DNA of 32,000 bases, taken from the NCBI RefSeq assembly GCF_014126825.1, contig NZ_CP059900.1, positions 1,780,954 to 1,812,953 of the forward strand, written 5' to 3'. How positions within the stretch are numbered: position 1 is the stretch's first letter; every line of letters starts with the position of its first letter. Shown in pieces: positions 1-8,639 of the stretch. The translations under genes and the position numbers were made by a program. The notes under the pieces were generated by a model. It saw nothing but the letters and a program-made list of their open reading frames with translations, had not been told where the DNA came from and did not search any database. This stretch comes from Tomitella gaofuii. GTDB taxonomy: Bacteria; Actinomycetota; Actinomycetes; Mycobacteriales; Mycobacteriaceae.

Positions 1-369
1 CATGCCGCCGTCGTGGCCCATCAGACCCGGGCACGGCGGCATGGCGGAGCGCCCGGCGGCCAGGCACAGGTTCTGCCGGCCGGCGGTGCATTCGCGGCAG
101 GCTCCGCACGACCAGCACAGGTAGACGACTCCCGCCGTGCCGACGGGGATCGGGGACTCGGCGTCCCCGGCCGCGGCGACGGTGCCTGCGATCTCGTGCC
201 CGAGGGTCATCGGCGCCGGGCGCTGCCGGTCCGCGTGCAGCACGTGCAGATCCGAGTGGCAGACCCCGGCCGCCGCCACCCGCACCAGCAGCTGGCCCGC
301 GCCCGGTGCGGGCACCGGGACCTCGCGCAGCTCGAGCCTGCCCGGCCCGGTGATCTGCAGGGCGCGCAT
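1..369 (-). CDS. Zn-dependent alcohol dehydrogenase (MDR family), N-terminal 123 codons only; the rest lies beyond the window start
   Basis: My own translation of the minus strand from ATG at 369 gives MRALQITGPGRLELREVPVPAPGAGQLLVRVAAAGVCHSDLHV...LGHEIAG...CWSCGACRECTAGRQNLC. It has the catalytic-Zn motifs (GVCHSD, GHE) and a structural-Zn C-x2-C-x2-C-x7-C cluster. It is absent from the ORF track because it is open at the window edge. Confidence 0.8.
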   Translation of the reverse strand, partial: MRALQITGPGRLELREVPVPAPGAGQLLVRVAAAGVCHSDLHVLHADRQRPAPMTLGHEIAGTVAAAGDAESPIPVGTAGVVYLCWSCGACRECTAGRQNLCLAAGRSAMPPCPGLMGHDGGM

Positions 370-398
370 GGTCGGGCCGGGCGCCGCCGATCCGCCGG

Positions 399-1592
399 TC
401 ACAGCGCCTCGTAGATGGCGTCGAGGTAGGCGTTGGGCCGTGGCGCCCCGATGAGGCCGGGGCCCATCTTGTTCATCACGTACGCGACGCTGATGCCGCG
501 GTCGACATCGGCGGTGACCACCGAACCGCCGAATCCGGTCCACCAGCACACCCGCCCCGGGCGCACGCCGGGCATCGACGGGGTCGGCAGTCCCCAGCCC
601 AGACCGAAGCGCACGGGGACGCCCAGGACGCGGTCGACCCCGTCGGCCTGGACCTCGAAGATCCGGTCGATGGTCGCGGGCGCGAGGAACCGGCGTCCGC
701 TCACCGTCCCGCCGCAGGCGATGACCGATTGCAGCAGTGCGACCGAGCGCGCATTGCCCTGGCCGTTGGCGGCGCCGAGCTCGGCGGCCAGGAAGGCGGG
801 GTCGGTGGTGAGCGCCGGCGCGAACGCGGGATTGGTGAGGGTGCGCCGCAGGACGCTGTCCGCAGGAAGGGAGGCGTAGTCGAATCCGCTGGGCGGGGGC
901 GGCACCATCGACGCGACGCGCTCGGGGGCGTCGAGGAGCGCACGGGGAGCGCCGATCCAGTAGTCGGCGCCCAACGGCTCCGCCAGTTCGTCGGCGAGGA
1001 ATGCACCCAGCGTCCGTCCGGTGATGCGCCGCACCAACTCGCCGACCAGCGTGCCGAACGACATCGCGTGGTAGCCGGACCCGTCGTCCGGCGTCCACCA
1101 CGGCTTCTGGCCCGCCAGCAGCGCCGCGGCGGCCGGGCCGTCGTAGAGGTCGTCCACCGCCATCGCCCGGTCCCAGCCGGACAGGCCGCTGGTGTGCCCC
1201 AGGATGTGGCGGACCAGCACGGTCTGCGGCCCGTCCGGGCCCTTGCCGGCCGCGGCGAACTCCGGCCAGTAGTCGGACACCGGCGCGTCCGGGGCGAGCA
1301 GGCCGCGGTCGACCAGCAGCAGCGCGCACAGCGCCGTCACGGTCTTCGTCAGCGAGTAGGTGTTGACGACGGTGTCGCGCGTCCACGGGCGGCCGGTCGC
1401 GGCGTCGGCGGTGCCGCCCCACAGGTCGACGACCACCTCCTCGCCGCGCATCACGCACAGCGAGGCCCCCAGCTCCGCGCCCGTCGCCAGGTTGCGGCCC
1501 AGCAGCTCGCGTACGCCCTCGAACCCCGGCGCGCACGTGCCCTCCAGCGCCCCGGCCCCCGCCTCCACTGAGGTGCGCGCGGGCCCGCTCAC
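399..1592 (-). CDS. Serine hydrolase of the beta-lactamase (class C / esterase EstB-like) family
   Basis: This is the C-terminal 397 codons of track ORF 399..2900. It has an SxxK nucleophile motif (YSLTKTVTA) and a typical family tail (VAYVMNKMG). The GTG start at 1592 overlaps the upstream stop by 4 nt (GTGA). The upstream part of the 833-aa ORF is antisense shadow of the monooxygenase gene. Confidence 0.85.
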   Translation of the reverse strand: MSGPARTSVEAGAGALEGTCAPGFEGVRELLGRNLATGAELGASLCVMRGEEVVVDLWGGTADAATGRPWTRDTVVNTYSLTKTVTALCALLLVDRGLLAPDAPVSDYWPEFAAAGKGPDGPQTVLVRHILGHTSGLSGWDRAMAVDDLYDGPAAAALLAGQKPWWTPDDGSGYHAMSFGTLVGELVRRITGRTLGAFLADELAEPLGADYWIGAPRALLDAPERVASMVPPPPSGFDYASLPADSVLRRTLTNPAFAPALTTDPAFLAAELGAANGQGNARSVALLQSVIACGGTVSGRRFLAPATIDRIFEVQADGVDRVLGVPVRFGLGWGLPTPSMPGVRPGRVCWWTGFGGSVVTADVDRGISVAYVMNKMGPGLIGAPRPNAYLDAIYEAL

Positions 1593-2956
1593 CGGGCCCC
1601 CGCCAGCGCACTGGCCCGCTGCTCGCCCGCCTCGATCTCGGCGTGCAGGTCGCGCGCGTACCGGGCGAAGTCGATCTGGATCGTGTGCCGCGGCGCGTTG
1701 TAGTACTGCGCCAGGTGCTTGTTCTCGTCGTGGACGATGAGCTCCCGCATCCGCTGCTCCGACGGGGCCTTGTACATGCCCTTGAGGTGCTTGGCGATGA
1801 ACTTGCTCTGCTGCTCGGCCAGGTTGACGATGGTGGGCGACGATTGCGCCAGGCCCGCGTAGTAGAGGTCGTCCACGCCCGGCTTCATGATGCGCTTGAA
1901 CAGCGGATACCGGTGTTCGGAGTCGGGCTGCAGGTCCGGGGTGTCGAAGAACGGGAAGGTCATCTGATAGCCGGTGGCGCAGACGATGACGTCGGCCTCG
2001 ATGCGCCGTCCGTCGGTGAGCACCACCGCATCGCCGTCGAGACGTTCGATGGCGGGCACGCAGGTGAGGTCGCCGGAGCCGGACTTCTCGAGGAAATCGA
2101 TGCTCACCGAGGGGTGCGCGGCGAGGGGCTCGTGGTCGGGGGCGGGCAGGCCGTAGTCCTCCATGTTGCCGACGATCTTGCGGATGGCCCGCCGGGAGAT
2201 CTTGAGCCCCAGCTTCTTCGGCATCCAGGGCGGCATCATCATCTTGTCGGCCGGCTTGCCGCCGCGGTACTTCGACAGCACCCAGACGCCCCGTCGCGCG
2301 GACACCCACACGTGCTCGGCGACGGTGCGGTTGGACAGCTCGGAGGCCACATCCAGCCCCGAATTGCCCATGCCCACCACGACGACGCGCTTGCCGTGCA
2401 TGTCCACCGGTTCGAACGGGCTGCGGTAGTCGTGGCTGTGGATGATGGTGCCGTCGAAGGTGCCGGGATAGTCGGGGAAGCGGGGATTCCAGTGGTGGCC
2501 GTTGGCGACCACGAGCGCGTCGTACGTGCGCGTCTCGCCCGTGCTCAGCCGGACATCCCAGCCTCCGCCCGGGCGCCGCGCCGCGTGCTCGACGGACGTG
2601 TTGAACGTGATGGTTTCGCGCAGGCCGAAGTGGTCGACGTAGTCGCGGAAGTACTGGTGCATGAGCGAGTGGTGCGGGAAGTCGGGCCAGTCCGGATCGG
2701 CGGGGAACTCCTCGAACTCCAGCCGCGTGGTGGAGGTGTCGATGTGCAGGGACTGGTAACAGGCCGACTTGCCGTTGGGGTTGTTGTAATACCAGTTGCC
2801 ACCCACGTCGTCGGACATCTCGAAGCAGTCGTAGGCGATGCCGTAATCCTTGAGCCGCTTGGCCGTGGTGAACCCGGAGCACCCTGCCCCGATGATGCAC
2901 ACCGTGCGATCCGATGCGGCGTTGCCGGGGAATGCCGGCCGGAAGTCCGTCGTCAC
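1589..2956 (-). CDS. Class B flavin-containing monooxygenase (FMO / Baeyer-Villiger-capable type)
   Basis: Track ORF 1589..3013. It has FAD-binding GAGCSG, the FMO signature FDGTIIHSHDY and NADPH-binding GMGNSG. I prefer the GTG at 2956 because it is preceded by GAAAGGACGG (Shine-Dalgarno-like). The GTG at 3013 is an alternative start. Confidence 0.9.
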   Translation of the reverse strand: MTTDFRPAFPGNAASDRTVCIIGAGCSGFTTAKRLKDYGIAYDCFEMSDDVGGNWYYNNPNGKSACYQSLHIDTSTTRLEFEEFPADPDWPDFPHHSLMHQYFRDYVDHFGLRETITFNTSVEHAARRPGGGWDVRLSTGETRTYDALVVANGHHWNPRFPDYPGTFDGTIIHSHDYRSPFEPVDMHGKRVVVVGMGNSGLDVASELSNRTVAEHVWVSARRGVWVLSKYRGGKPADKMMMPPWMPKKLGLKISRRAIRKIVGNMEDYGLPAPDHEPLAAHPSVSIDFLEKSGSGDLTCVPAIERLDGDAVVLTDGRRIEADVIVCATGYQMTFPFFDTPDLQPDSEHRYPLFKRIMKPGVDDLYYAGLAQSSPTIVNLAEQQSKFIAKHLKGMYKAPSEQRMRELIVHDENKHLAQYYNAPRHTIQIDFARYARDLHAEIEAGEQRASALAGAR

Positions 2957-3028
2957 TGGTCCGTCCTTTCTCGTCGCTCCCGCAGTGGCGCCCGCGGAGC
3001 GTCTATGACCCACTTCACATATACTGCT

Positions 3029-3050
3029 TCACTGACACTGTGTCTAGTGA
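3029..3050. promoter_or_regulatory. Imperfect inverted repeat, candidate TetR operator in the FMO/TetR divergent spacer
   Basis: The sequence is TCACTGACAC-T-GTGTCTAGTGA. The arms match 10/10 with one bulged base. It sits in the locally AT-richer part of the 256-bp spacer 2957..3212. Confidence 0.35.
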
Positions 3051-3212
3051 GTGATCGTTTTGTAGAGTCGGCGACGGGGCTCGGCGCCGCGCGGCGATGC
3101 GACCCCGCGTTTGGTGGACACTCGGTTGGAAATCGGCGGAAAAGCAGCCAGAAGTCCACCAAACGCGGCGCAGGCTTTGGCGGCAGGATCAGCGGCAGAA
3201 GGAGGAGGCGGC

Positions 3213-3857
3213 GTGACGGAGCAGGCCCGATCCGTCGATATCCACGGGAATGGCGGCAGGCCGCGCACCCTGCGTGATGAGCAGAAGGCGCGCACGCGCA
3301 CGGCGCTGCTCACCGCGGCGCGGCGGCTGTTCGTGGCGCGCGGCTACGCCACCGTCACCGTGGACGACATCACCCGCGAAGTCGGGTGCAGCCGGGCCAC
3401 GTTCTACCTGCACTTCGCCGGCAAAATGGACGTGCTCGCCCGGATCAGTGCGGAGACGATGCAGCAGCGCGCCGCCGGCGTCTACCGAGACCTCGACGCC
3501 GTCCTCGAAACCGGCTCGCGCGCGGAGTTCGCGGCGTGGGTGGTGCGGGCGCTCGACTGGTTCGACCGCAACCGCGAGATCCTGCCCACCTGGGACGAGG
3601 CGTTGGCCGCGGAGCCGGAGTTCCAGGCCGTCGGCCGCCGCTCCATCGTGGAGCTCACCGCCGCCATGCCGCAGTACCTCGCCCGGTGGCCGGAGGACAG
3701 GCGGGACGAGGCGCGGTTCCGGGTGGAACTGCTGGTGACTCAGCTCGAGCGGTACTTCACCCGCTCGGCCGTGCAGGGGACCATCGAGTTCACAGGGGAC
3801 GCCGCCGCGGAGATCCTCGCCGACATCTGGTTCCCCGCGCTGCAGGCCCCCGGCTGA
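3213..3857 (+). CDS. TetR/AcrR family transcriptional regulator
   Basis: Track ORF 3111..3857. The HTH reads VTVDDITREVGCSRATFYLHFAGKMDVL. The GTG at 3213 is preceded by GAAGGAGGAGG. The gene is divergent from the monooxygenase gene. Confidence 0.85.
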   Translation: MTEQARSVDIHGNGGRPRTLRDEQKARTRTALLTAARRLFVARGYATVTVDDITREVGCSRATFYLHFAGKMDVLARISAETMQQRAAGVYRDLDAVLETGSRAEFAAWVVRALDWFDRNREILPTWDEALAAEPEFQAVGRRSIVELTAAMPQYLARWPEDRRDEARFRVELLVTQLERYFTRSAVQGTIEFTGDAAAEILADIWFPALQAPG

Positions 3858-3860
3858 GCT

Positions 3861-4793
3861 TCAGAGCTTGCGCAGGCGCACCCGGTTGATCGAATGGTCG
3901 GCGTCCTTGCGCAGCACCAGCGTCGCGCGCGGGCGGGTGGGGAGGATGTTCTCCACCAGGTTCGGCCGGTTGGTGGTGTGCCAGATTTCCTGGGCCGCGA
4001 TCGTCGCGTGCTCGTCGGACAGCTGCGAATAGTGGTGGAAGTGCGCCTCGGGGTCGGCGAAGGCGGTGCCGCGCAAAGCCAGGAAGCGCTTGACGTACCA
4101 GTTCTCGATGTTCTCGATGCGCGCGTCCACGTAGATCGAGAAGTCGAACAGGTCGGAGACCATCAGGCGCGGGCCGGTCTGGAGCACGTTGAGGCCCTCG
4201 AGGATGAGGATGTCCGGCTGCCGCACCACCTGCTTTTCGCCGGGCACGATGTCGTAGGAGATGTGCGAGTACACCGGCGCCGACACTTCGCGCGCCCCCG
4301 ATTTGACCTCGGTGACGAACCGCAGCAGCGCCCGCCGGTCGTAGCTCTCCGGAAAGCCCTTGCGGTGCATGATGCCCCGCCGCACCAGTTCCCTCGTCGA
4401 GTGCAGGAACCCGTCGGTGGTCACCAGGTCCACGCGAGGATGAGTGTCCCAGCGCGCGAGCAGCGCCTGCAGCACGCGGGCGGTGGTGGACTTGCCGACG
4501 GCGACGCTGCCGGCGACGCCGATGATGAACGGCACCTGGCGCTCCGGGTGCTTCTCGCCGAGGAACGTGGCGGTGGCGGCGAACAGCCGCTGACGGGCCG
4601 CCACCTGCAGGTGGATCAGACGCGACAGCGGCAGATAGACCTCCGCGACCTCCTTGAGGTCGATCTGCTCGCCCAGACCGCGCAGCTTGTACAGGTCGTC
4701 CTCGGTGAGCACCTGGGGCGTCGACATGCGCAGTGCCCGCCAGCTGCGACGGTCGAACTCGATGTACGGGCTGGGCTCGGTCATCCGCGACAC
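3861..4793 (-). CDS. coaA: Type I pantothenate kinase
   Basis: This is the C-terminal part of track ORF 3861..6443. It has Walker [15 protein letters not shown] and is recognisable end to end as CoaA ([14 protein letters not shown] ... [17 protein letters not shown]). The GTG at 4793 ([10 protein letters not shown]) fits the mycobacterial N-terminus as I recall it. The ATG at 4784 is an alternative start. Confidence 0.95.
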   Translation of the reverse strand: MSRMTEPSPYIEFDRRSWRALRMSTPQVLTEDDLYKLRGLGEQIDLKEVAEVYLPLSRLIHLQVAARQRLFAATATFLGEKHPERQVPFIIGVAGSVAVGKSTTARVLQALLARWDTHPRVDLVTTDGFLHSTRELVRRGIMHRKGFPESYDRRALLRFVTEVKSGAREVSAPVYSHISYDIVPGEKQVVRQPDILILEGLNVLQTGPRLMVSDLFDFSIYVDARIENIENWYVKRFLALRGTAFADPEAHFHHYSQLSDEHATIAAQEIWHTTNRPNLVENILPTRPRATLVLRKDADHSINRVRLRKL

Positions 4794-4988
4794 GGGCGCA
4801 CCCCCAGGGCGCGCGCGGGCGCGGCGTCCACGCGCGCTGCGGCGCGGGCCCGCCGCGGTGAGGGGCCCGGGGCGAGGGCAGACGGTGGCTTGTCGAGTCG
4901 CCGTACATGCGGGTAAGTCAACACCCTTCGGCAGTGCGGGCGCGATCCGGGTCGCGCCCCCGGCGGGTGCGACTAGGCTCCATCGACT

Positions 4989-6200
4989 GTGGACACCTTC
5001 GACCTGATCCGCCGATATCAACTGCTGGGCCTGCGCTTCGACCGCATCGAAGAGGGCTTCGTCGACGCCTTCACCGGCGACCCCGCGCTGCGGGCCGCTG
5101 TGGACGACGAGCCGGCGCCGCACCCCGCCGAGCTGGCACGCTCCGCGGCGGCGCTGCGCGCCGAGGTGCTCGCGGCCACCGACCTGGCGCAACGCCGGCG
5201 CGATTTCATCGCCGCGCACCTGCGGGCGCTCGAATGCTCGGCGCGCAAGTTCGCCGGCGAACGGATCGGGTTCGTCGACGAGGTCGAGGCCTACTTCGAC
5301 GTCCGCATCGGGCTGGGGGACCCGGACCGCTACCGCGAGGCGCACCGGACGCTCGACGAGGTGCTCGACGGCGAGGGCAGCGTCGAGCAGCGGCTGCAGG
5401 CGTTCCGCGCGGCCGACGAGATCCCGCCGGAACGGCTCACAGAATGCGTCCACGCGTTCTCCTCGGCGCTGCGCGACAAGGTGCGCACGATCTACCCGCT
5501 TCCCGAGCAGGAGACGGTGGACTATCAGGTCGTCACCGACAAGCCCTGGTCCGGGTTCAACTACTACCTGGGCGGATTCACGTCCACGGTGGCCATCAAC
5601 GCCGACCTGAAACAGCGCATGGCCAACCTGCCGCACCTCATCGCCCACGAGGCCTACCCCGGCCACCACACCGAGCACTGCCGCAAGGAGTCCGGGCTGG
5701 TCGCGGCGGGGGAGGACGAGCAGACGCTGTTCCTGGTCAACACGCCGCAGTGCCTCATGGCCGAGGGGCTCGCGGACCTGGCGCTGCAGGCCGTCGTCGG
5801 GCCCGGCTGGGGCGCCTGGGCCCGGGAGATCTTCGCCGACCTGGGGTTGCGCTTCGCCGGTGAACAGGCCGAGCGCATCGCCGACGCCTCGGCACAGCTC
5901 ATCGGAGTACGTCAGGACGCGGCGCTGATGCTGCACGACCGCGGCCGGTCCGAGGACGATGTCGCCGCCTTCCTGCAGCGGTGGACCCTGGTGACGCCCG
6001 ACCGGGCCCGCCAGCAGCTCCGTTTTCTCACCTCGCCGCTGTGGCGCGCCTACATCAGCACCTATGTGGAGGGCTACCGTCTGCTCGGCGCGTGGCTGGC
6101 GGATCGCCCCGAGTGGGTCGACGGCACCGAGCGGTTCGGCCGCCTGCTGGACGAGCCGCTGCTGCCCTCGCACCTGCGCGCCGAGCTCGCCGCCGTGTGA
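4989..6200 (+). CDS. Conserved hypothetical protein with an HExxxGHH metal-binding-like motif (DUF885-like, putative metallopeptidase fold)
   Basis: Track ORF 4989..6200 with a GTG start. The motif [15 protein letters not shown] resembles the DUF885 signature as I remember it. The family call is tentative. Confidence 0.6.
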   Translation: MDTFDLIRRYQLLGLRFDRIEEGFVDAFTGDPALRAAVDDEPAPHPAELARSAAALRAEVLAATDLAQRRRDFIAAHLRALECSARKFAGERIGFVDEVEAYFDVRIGLGDPDRYREAHRTLDEVLDGEGSVEQRLQAFRAADEIPPERLTECVHAFSSALRDKVRTIYPLPEQETVDYQVVTDKPWSGFNYYLGGFTSTVAINADLKQRMANLPHLIAHEAYPGHHTEHCRKESGLVAAGEDEQTLFLVNTPQCLMAEGLADLALQAVVGPGWGAWAREIFADLGLRFAGEQAERIADASAQLIGVRQDAALMLHDRGRSEDDVAAFLQRWTLVTPDRARQQLRFLTSPLWRAYISTYVEGYRLLGAWLADRPEWVDGTERFGRLLDEPLLPSHLRAELAAV

Positions 6201-6214
6201 CGGGGACAACCTCG

Positions 6215-6220
6215 TAGAAT
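6215..6220 (+). promoter_or_regulatory. Candidate -10 hexamer (TAGAAT) for glyA
   Basis: TAGAAT lies 45 nt upstream of the preferred glyA ATG, in the 65-bp spacer after the upstream stop. This is a sequence match only. Confidence 0.3.
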
Positions 6221-6265
6221 GATCGGCGACCCATGCCGCATGACCCACATCAGGGAGCACATTCG

Positions 6266-7588
6266 ATGACGACTGCTGCGTCCAGCTCAGCCTCGCCCGC
6301 CACCGCCGCGAGCATGACAGCCCCGCTCGCCGAGCTCGACCCCGAGGTGGCGCAGGCGATGGGCGGTGAGCTGGCCCGCCAGCGCGACACGCTCGAGATG
6401 ATCGCCTCGGAGAATTTCGTGCCCCGCGCGGTGCTGCAGGCACAAGGCTCCGTGCTCACCAACAAGTACGCCGAGGGCTACCCGGGGCGCCGGTACTACG
6501 GCGGCTGCGAGAACGTCGACATCGTCGAGAACCTCGCGCGCGAGCGGGCCAAGGCGCTGTTCGACGCCGAGTTCGCCAACGTGCAGCCGCACGCCGGGGC
6601 GCAGGCCAACGCGGCCGTGCTCATGGCGCTGATGAACCCGGGCGAGAAGCTGCTGGGCATGAACCTGGCCCACGGCGGCCACCTCACCCACGGGATGAAG
6701 CTCAACTTCTCCGGCAAGCTCTACCAGGTCGCCGCCTACGGGGTGGACGAGACGACGCACCGCGTGGACATGGACCAGGTGCGCAAGGTCGCGCTCGAGG
6801 AGCGCCCGCAGGTCATCGTCGCCGGCTGGTCGGCGTACCCGCGCCAGCTCGACTTCGCCGCGTTCCGCGAGATCGCCGACGAAGTGGGCGCCAAGCTGTG
6901 GGTGGACATGGCGCACTTCGCGGGCCTGGTCGCCACCGGCCTGCACCCGTCGCCGGTCCCGCACGCCGACGTCGTCTCCAGCACCGTCCACAAGACGCTC
7001 GGCGGGCCGCGCTCCGGGCTCATCCTGGCCAAGAAGGACTGGGCCAAGAAGCTCAACTCGGCCGTGTTCCCCGGACAGCAGGGCGGGCCGCTCATGCACG
7101 CGATCGCCGCCAAGGCTGTCGCCCTCAAGATCGCCGCCTCCGAAGAGTTCGCCGAGCGCCAGCAGCGGGTCCTCGCCGGCTCGAAGATCCTCGCCGAGCG
7201 CCTGAGCGCCGCCGACGTGGCCGGCAACGGGATCTCGGTGCTCACCGGCGGCACCGACGTGCACCTGGTGCTCGTGGATCTGCGCAACTCCGAGCTCGAC
7301 GGTCAGCAGGGCGAAGACCTGCTGCACGAGGTCGGCATCACCGTCAACCGCAACGCGGTGCCCTTCGACCCGCGCCCGCCGATGAACCCCTCGGGCCTGC
7401 GCATCGGCACGCCCGCGCTCGCCTCGCGCGGGTTCGACGAGGCCGCCTTCACCGAGGTGGCCGACATCATCGGCACCGCCCTCGCGGCCGGGAAGGGTGC
7501 CGACGTGGCGGCCCTGCGCGCCCGGGTGAGCAAGCTGGCCCAGGACTACCCGCTCTACGAGGGGCTCGAGGACTGGAAGATCGTGTGA
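6266..7588 (+). CDS. glyA: Serine hydroxymethyltransferase
   Basis: Track ORF 6233..7588. The sequence is unmistakably SHMT ([42 protein letters not shown]-lysine context [15 protein letters not shown]). The ATG at 6266 has AGGGAG 8 nt upstream. The ATG at 6314 ([12 protein letters not shown]) is the homology-style alternative. Confidence 0.95.
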   Translation: MTTAASSSASPATAASMTAPLAELDPEVAQAMGGELARQRDTLEMIASENFVPRAVLQAQGSVLTNKYAEGYPGRRYYGGCENVDIVENLARERAKALFDAEFANVQPHAGAQANAAVLMALMNPGEKLLGMNLAHGGHLTHGMKLNFSGKLYQVAAYGVDETTHRVDMDQVRKVALEERPQVIVAGWSAYPRQLDFAAFREIADEVGAKLWVDMAHFAGLVATGLHPSPVPHADVVSSTVHKTLGGPRSGLILAKKDWAKKLNSAVFPGQQGGPLMHAIAAKAVALKIAASEEFAERQQRVLAGSKILAERLSAADVAGNGISVLTGGTDVHLVLVDLRNSELDGQQGEDLLHEVGITVNRNAVPFDPRPPMNPSGLRIGTPALASRGFDEAAFTEVADIIGTALAAGKGADVAALRARVSKLAQDYPLYEGLEDWKIV

Positions 7589-7628
7589 CCGCGGCGGCCG
7601 CGTAGAGTCGGCCGTCACGTTCGAGCGC

Positions 7629-7661
7629 GCGGCCCGCACCCGTTTCCAGGGTGCGGGCCGC
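7629..7661. terminator. Perfect 13-bp stem hairpin between convergent glyA and a TetR gene
   Basis: The stem is GCGGCCCGCACCC, the loop is gtttcca, and the complementary arm is GGGTGCGGGCCGC. It is followed by GTCGTGTCGTG (weak U content). It is positioned to terminate both convergent transcripts. Confidence 0.5.
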
Positions 7662-7760
7662 GTCGTGTCGTGGGGGTGCTGAGGTGGTGGCGTGCGCACC
7701 CCCTGCGTGTCGCGTTCGCAGTCCGAGCGCGACGTGAGGTGGGACTGGCGCGCAGGCCCC

Positions 7761-8483
7761 TCAGAGCCCGGCCATCTGTGCCAGGTGCGCCAGGTGCAGC
7801 TCGAAGAGCGCGCCGGGGTCGGTGAACGTGTCGGAGCCGTACTGGTCGAACACCTCGAAGCTGACGGCCCCGAACAGCGCGGCCCACGTGAGAACCCCGC
7901 GCGCCAGGGCATCGTCGGGCAGGGTGAGGCCGAACTCTTCGCGGATCCGCGCGAAGTCGGCGGTGAGGTGGCCCGAGGTACCGGCTCCCTCCTCGGCGGG
8001 CATCGCCGGCGGCGTCGCGACGCGCCCATCTACCCGACCCGTCCTCTGCAGGTGGGCCCTCTCGAGGACCGCCATGAGCCCGACGATCACGCGGGTGCCC
8101 GGCGCGATCGTCTGCTCGCCGGGCGCCTCGTAGCCGGGGACGGGCGTGCCGTACAGGAGCGCGTAGCGGGCGGGTTCGCCCAGCGCCCACGCCCGCACCG
8201 CCCGCCCGAGTTGCCGGAACTGCTCGGGCGGTGCGGCATTCGGATCCACGGCGGAGTCCACGGCGTCGCCGAGCTCGTCGTAGGCGTCGACCACCAGCAG
8301 CGTCAGCAGCTCGTCGCGGTTGCGCACGTACCGATACACCGCGGAAGAGACGACGCCCAGGTCGCGCGCCACGGCCCGAAGTGACAGCGCCGCCGGGCCG
8401 GAGGCGACGAGGTGCTCGCGTCCGATACGGACGATGTCGCGCATGGTCTGCTCGCGCGCCCGGGTGCGTGGTGTCGACGTCAT
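7761..8483 (-). CDS. TetR family transcriptional regulator (WHG-type C-terminal domain)
   Basis: Track ORF 7761..8543. The HTH reads LSLRAVARDLGVVSSAVYRYVRNRDELL and the C-terminal domain reads TWAALFGAVSFEVF. I prefer the ATG at 8483 (MTSTPRTRAREQ). Confidence 0.85.
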   Translation of the reverse strand: MTSTPRTRAREQTMRDIVRIGREHLVASGPAALSLRAVARDLGVVSSAVYRYVRNRDELLTLLVVDAYDELGDAVDSAVDPNAAPPEQFRQLGRAVRAWALGEPARYALLYGTPVPGYEAPGEQTIAPGTRVIVGLMAVLERAHLQRTGRVDGRVATPPAMPAEEGAGTSGHLTADFARIREEFGLTLPDDALARGVLTWAALFGAVSFEVFDQYGSDTFTDPGALFELHLAHLAQMAGL

Positions 8484-8489
8484 GCGCCC

Positions 8490-8518
8490 AGGATTCCCGA
8501 TGCCAAGAGCACCGTCAA
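8490..8518 (-). promoter_or_regulatory. Candidate promoter of the TetR gene, implying a leaderless transcript
   Basis: The minus strand reads TTGACG - 17 nt - AATCCT - 6 nt - ATG(8483). No Shine-Dalgarno sequence is present. Confidence 0.4.
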
Positions 8519-8524
8519 CTGAAG

Positions 8525-8585
8525 AGAGCAGTGCTCTTGACACGTGCTCGGTGTGCGCGCATCCTGAAGGAGAGAGCAGTGCTCT
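8525..8585. promoter_or_regulatory. Two copies of the palindromic operator-like site AGAGCA-G-TGCTCT (8525..8537 and 8573..8585)
   Basis: The extended direct repeat AGAGAGCAGTGCTCT(T/C)GA occurs twice, 48 bp apart, in the TetR/epimerase divergent spacer. Each copy is internally palindromic, with 6-7 bp arms. Confidence 0.55.
8537..8565 (+). promoter_or_regulatory. Candidate promoter for the epimerase-like gene
   Basis: The sequence is TTGACA (8537..8542) - 17 nt - CATCCT (8560..8565). The -35 abuts operator copy 1, and the predicted start region falls in operator copy 2. Confidence 0.35.
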
Positions 8586-8639
8586 CGAATGTGGGGGACC
8601 GGAATCGCCGGCCCGTCACCCGTCAGGAGAGGATTCGTC

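Noticed and set aside
399-2900. 833-aa ORF on the minus strand that spans the esterase and most of the monooxygenase gene
   Set aside because: Only the last 397 codons look like a protein (an SxxK hydrolase). The upstream part is Arg/Pro/Gly-rich out-of-frame shadow (same minus strand) of the well-supported monooxygenase gene, a typical high-GC artefact.
4753-4768. SOS-box-like TCGAAC-tcga-TGTACG
   Set aside because: Only the left half-site matches the mycobacterial LexA consensus TCGAAC-N4-GTTCGA. It lies inside the coaA coding sequence. I noticed no other GAAC-N4-GTTC core in the window.
4974-4991. TAGGCT hexamer upstream of the DUF885-like GTG as a leaderless promoter
   Set aside because: The spacing to the GTG is 9 nt, longer than the 6-7 nt seen at the convincing cases. 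I left it unannotated.
5526-5542. TTGTCGGTG on the minus strand inside the DUF885-like gene
   Set aside because: The hexamer at N8 is ATAGTC, and at N9 it is TAGTCC; neither fits TAnnnT. The site is intragenic and has no gene downstream to serve.
3861-6443. 860-aa ORF on the minus strand
   Set aside because: Only the C-terminal 310 codons are CoaA. The remainder is antisense to the DUF885-like gene and the start of glyA, and has low-complexity Arg/Ala/Gly composition.
6287-8029. 580-aa minus-strand ORF antisense to glyA, and similar long shadow ORFs (8763..10040, 9430..10734, 10663..12093, 16404..18545, 20028..21491, 29924..31618 and others)
   Set aside because: Each lies opposite a gene with unmistakable family motifs and has Arg/Pro/Gly-rich, motif-free translations. 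Long open antisense frames are expected at this GC content.
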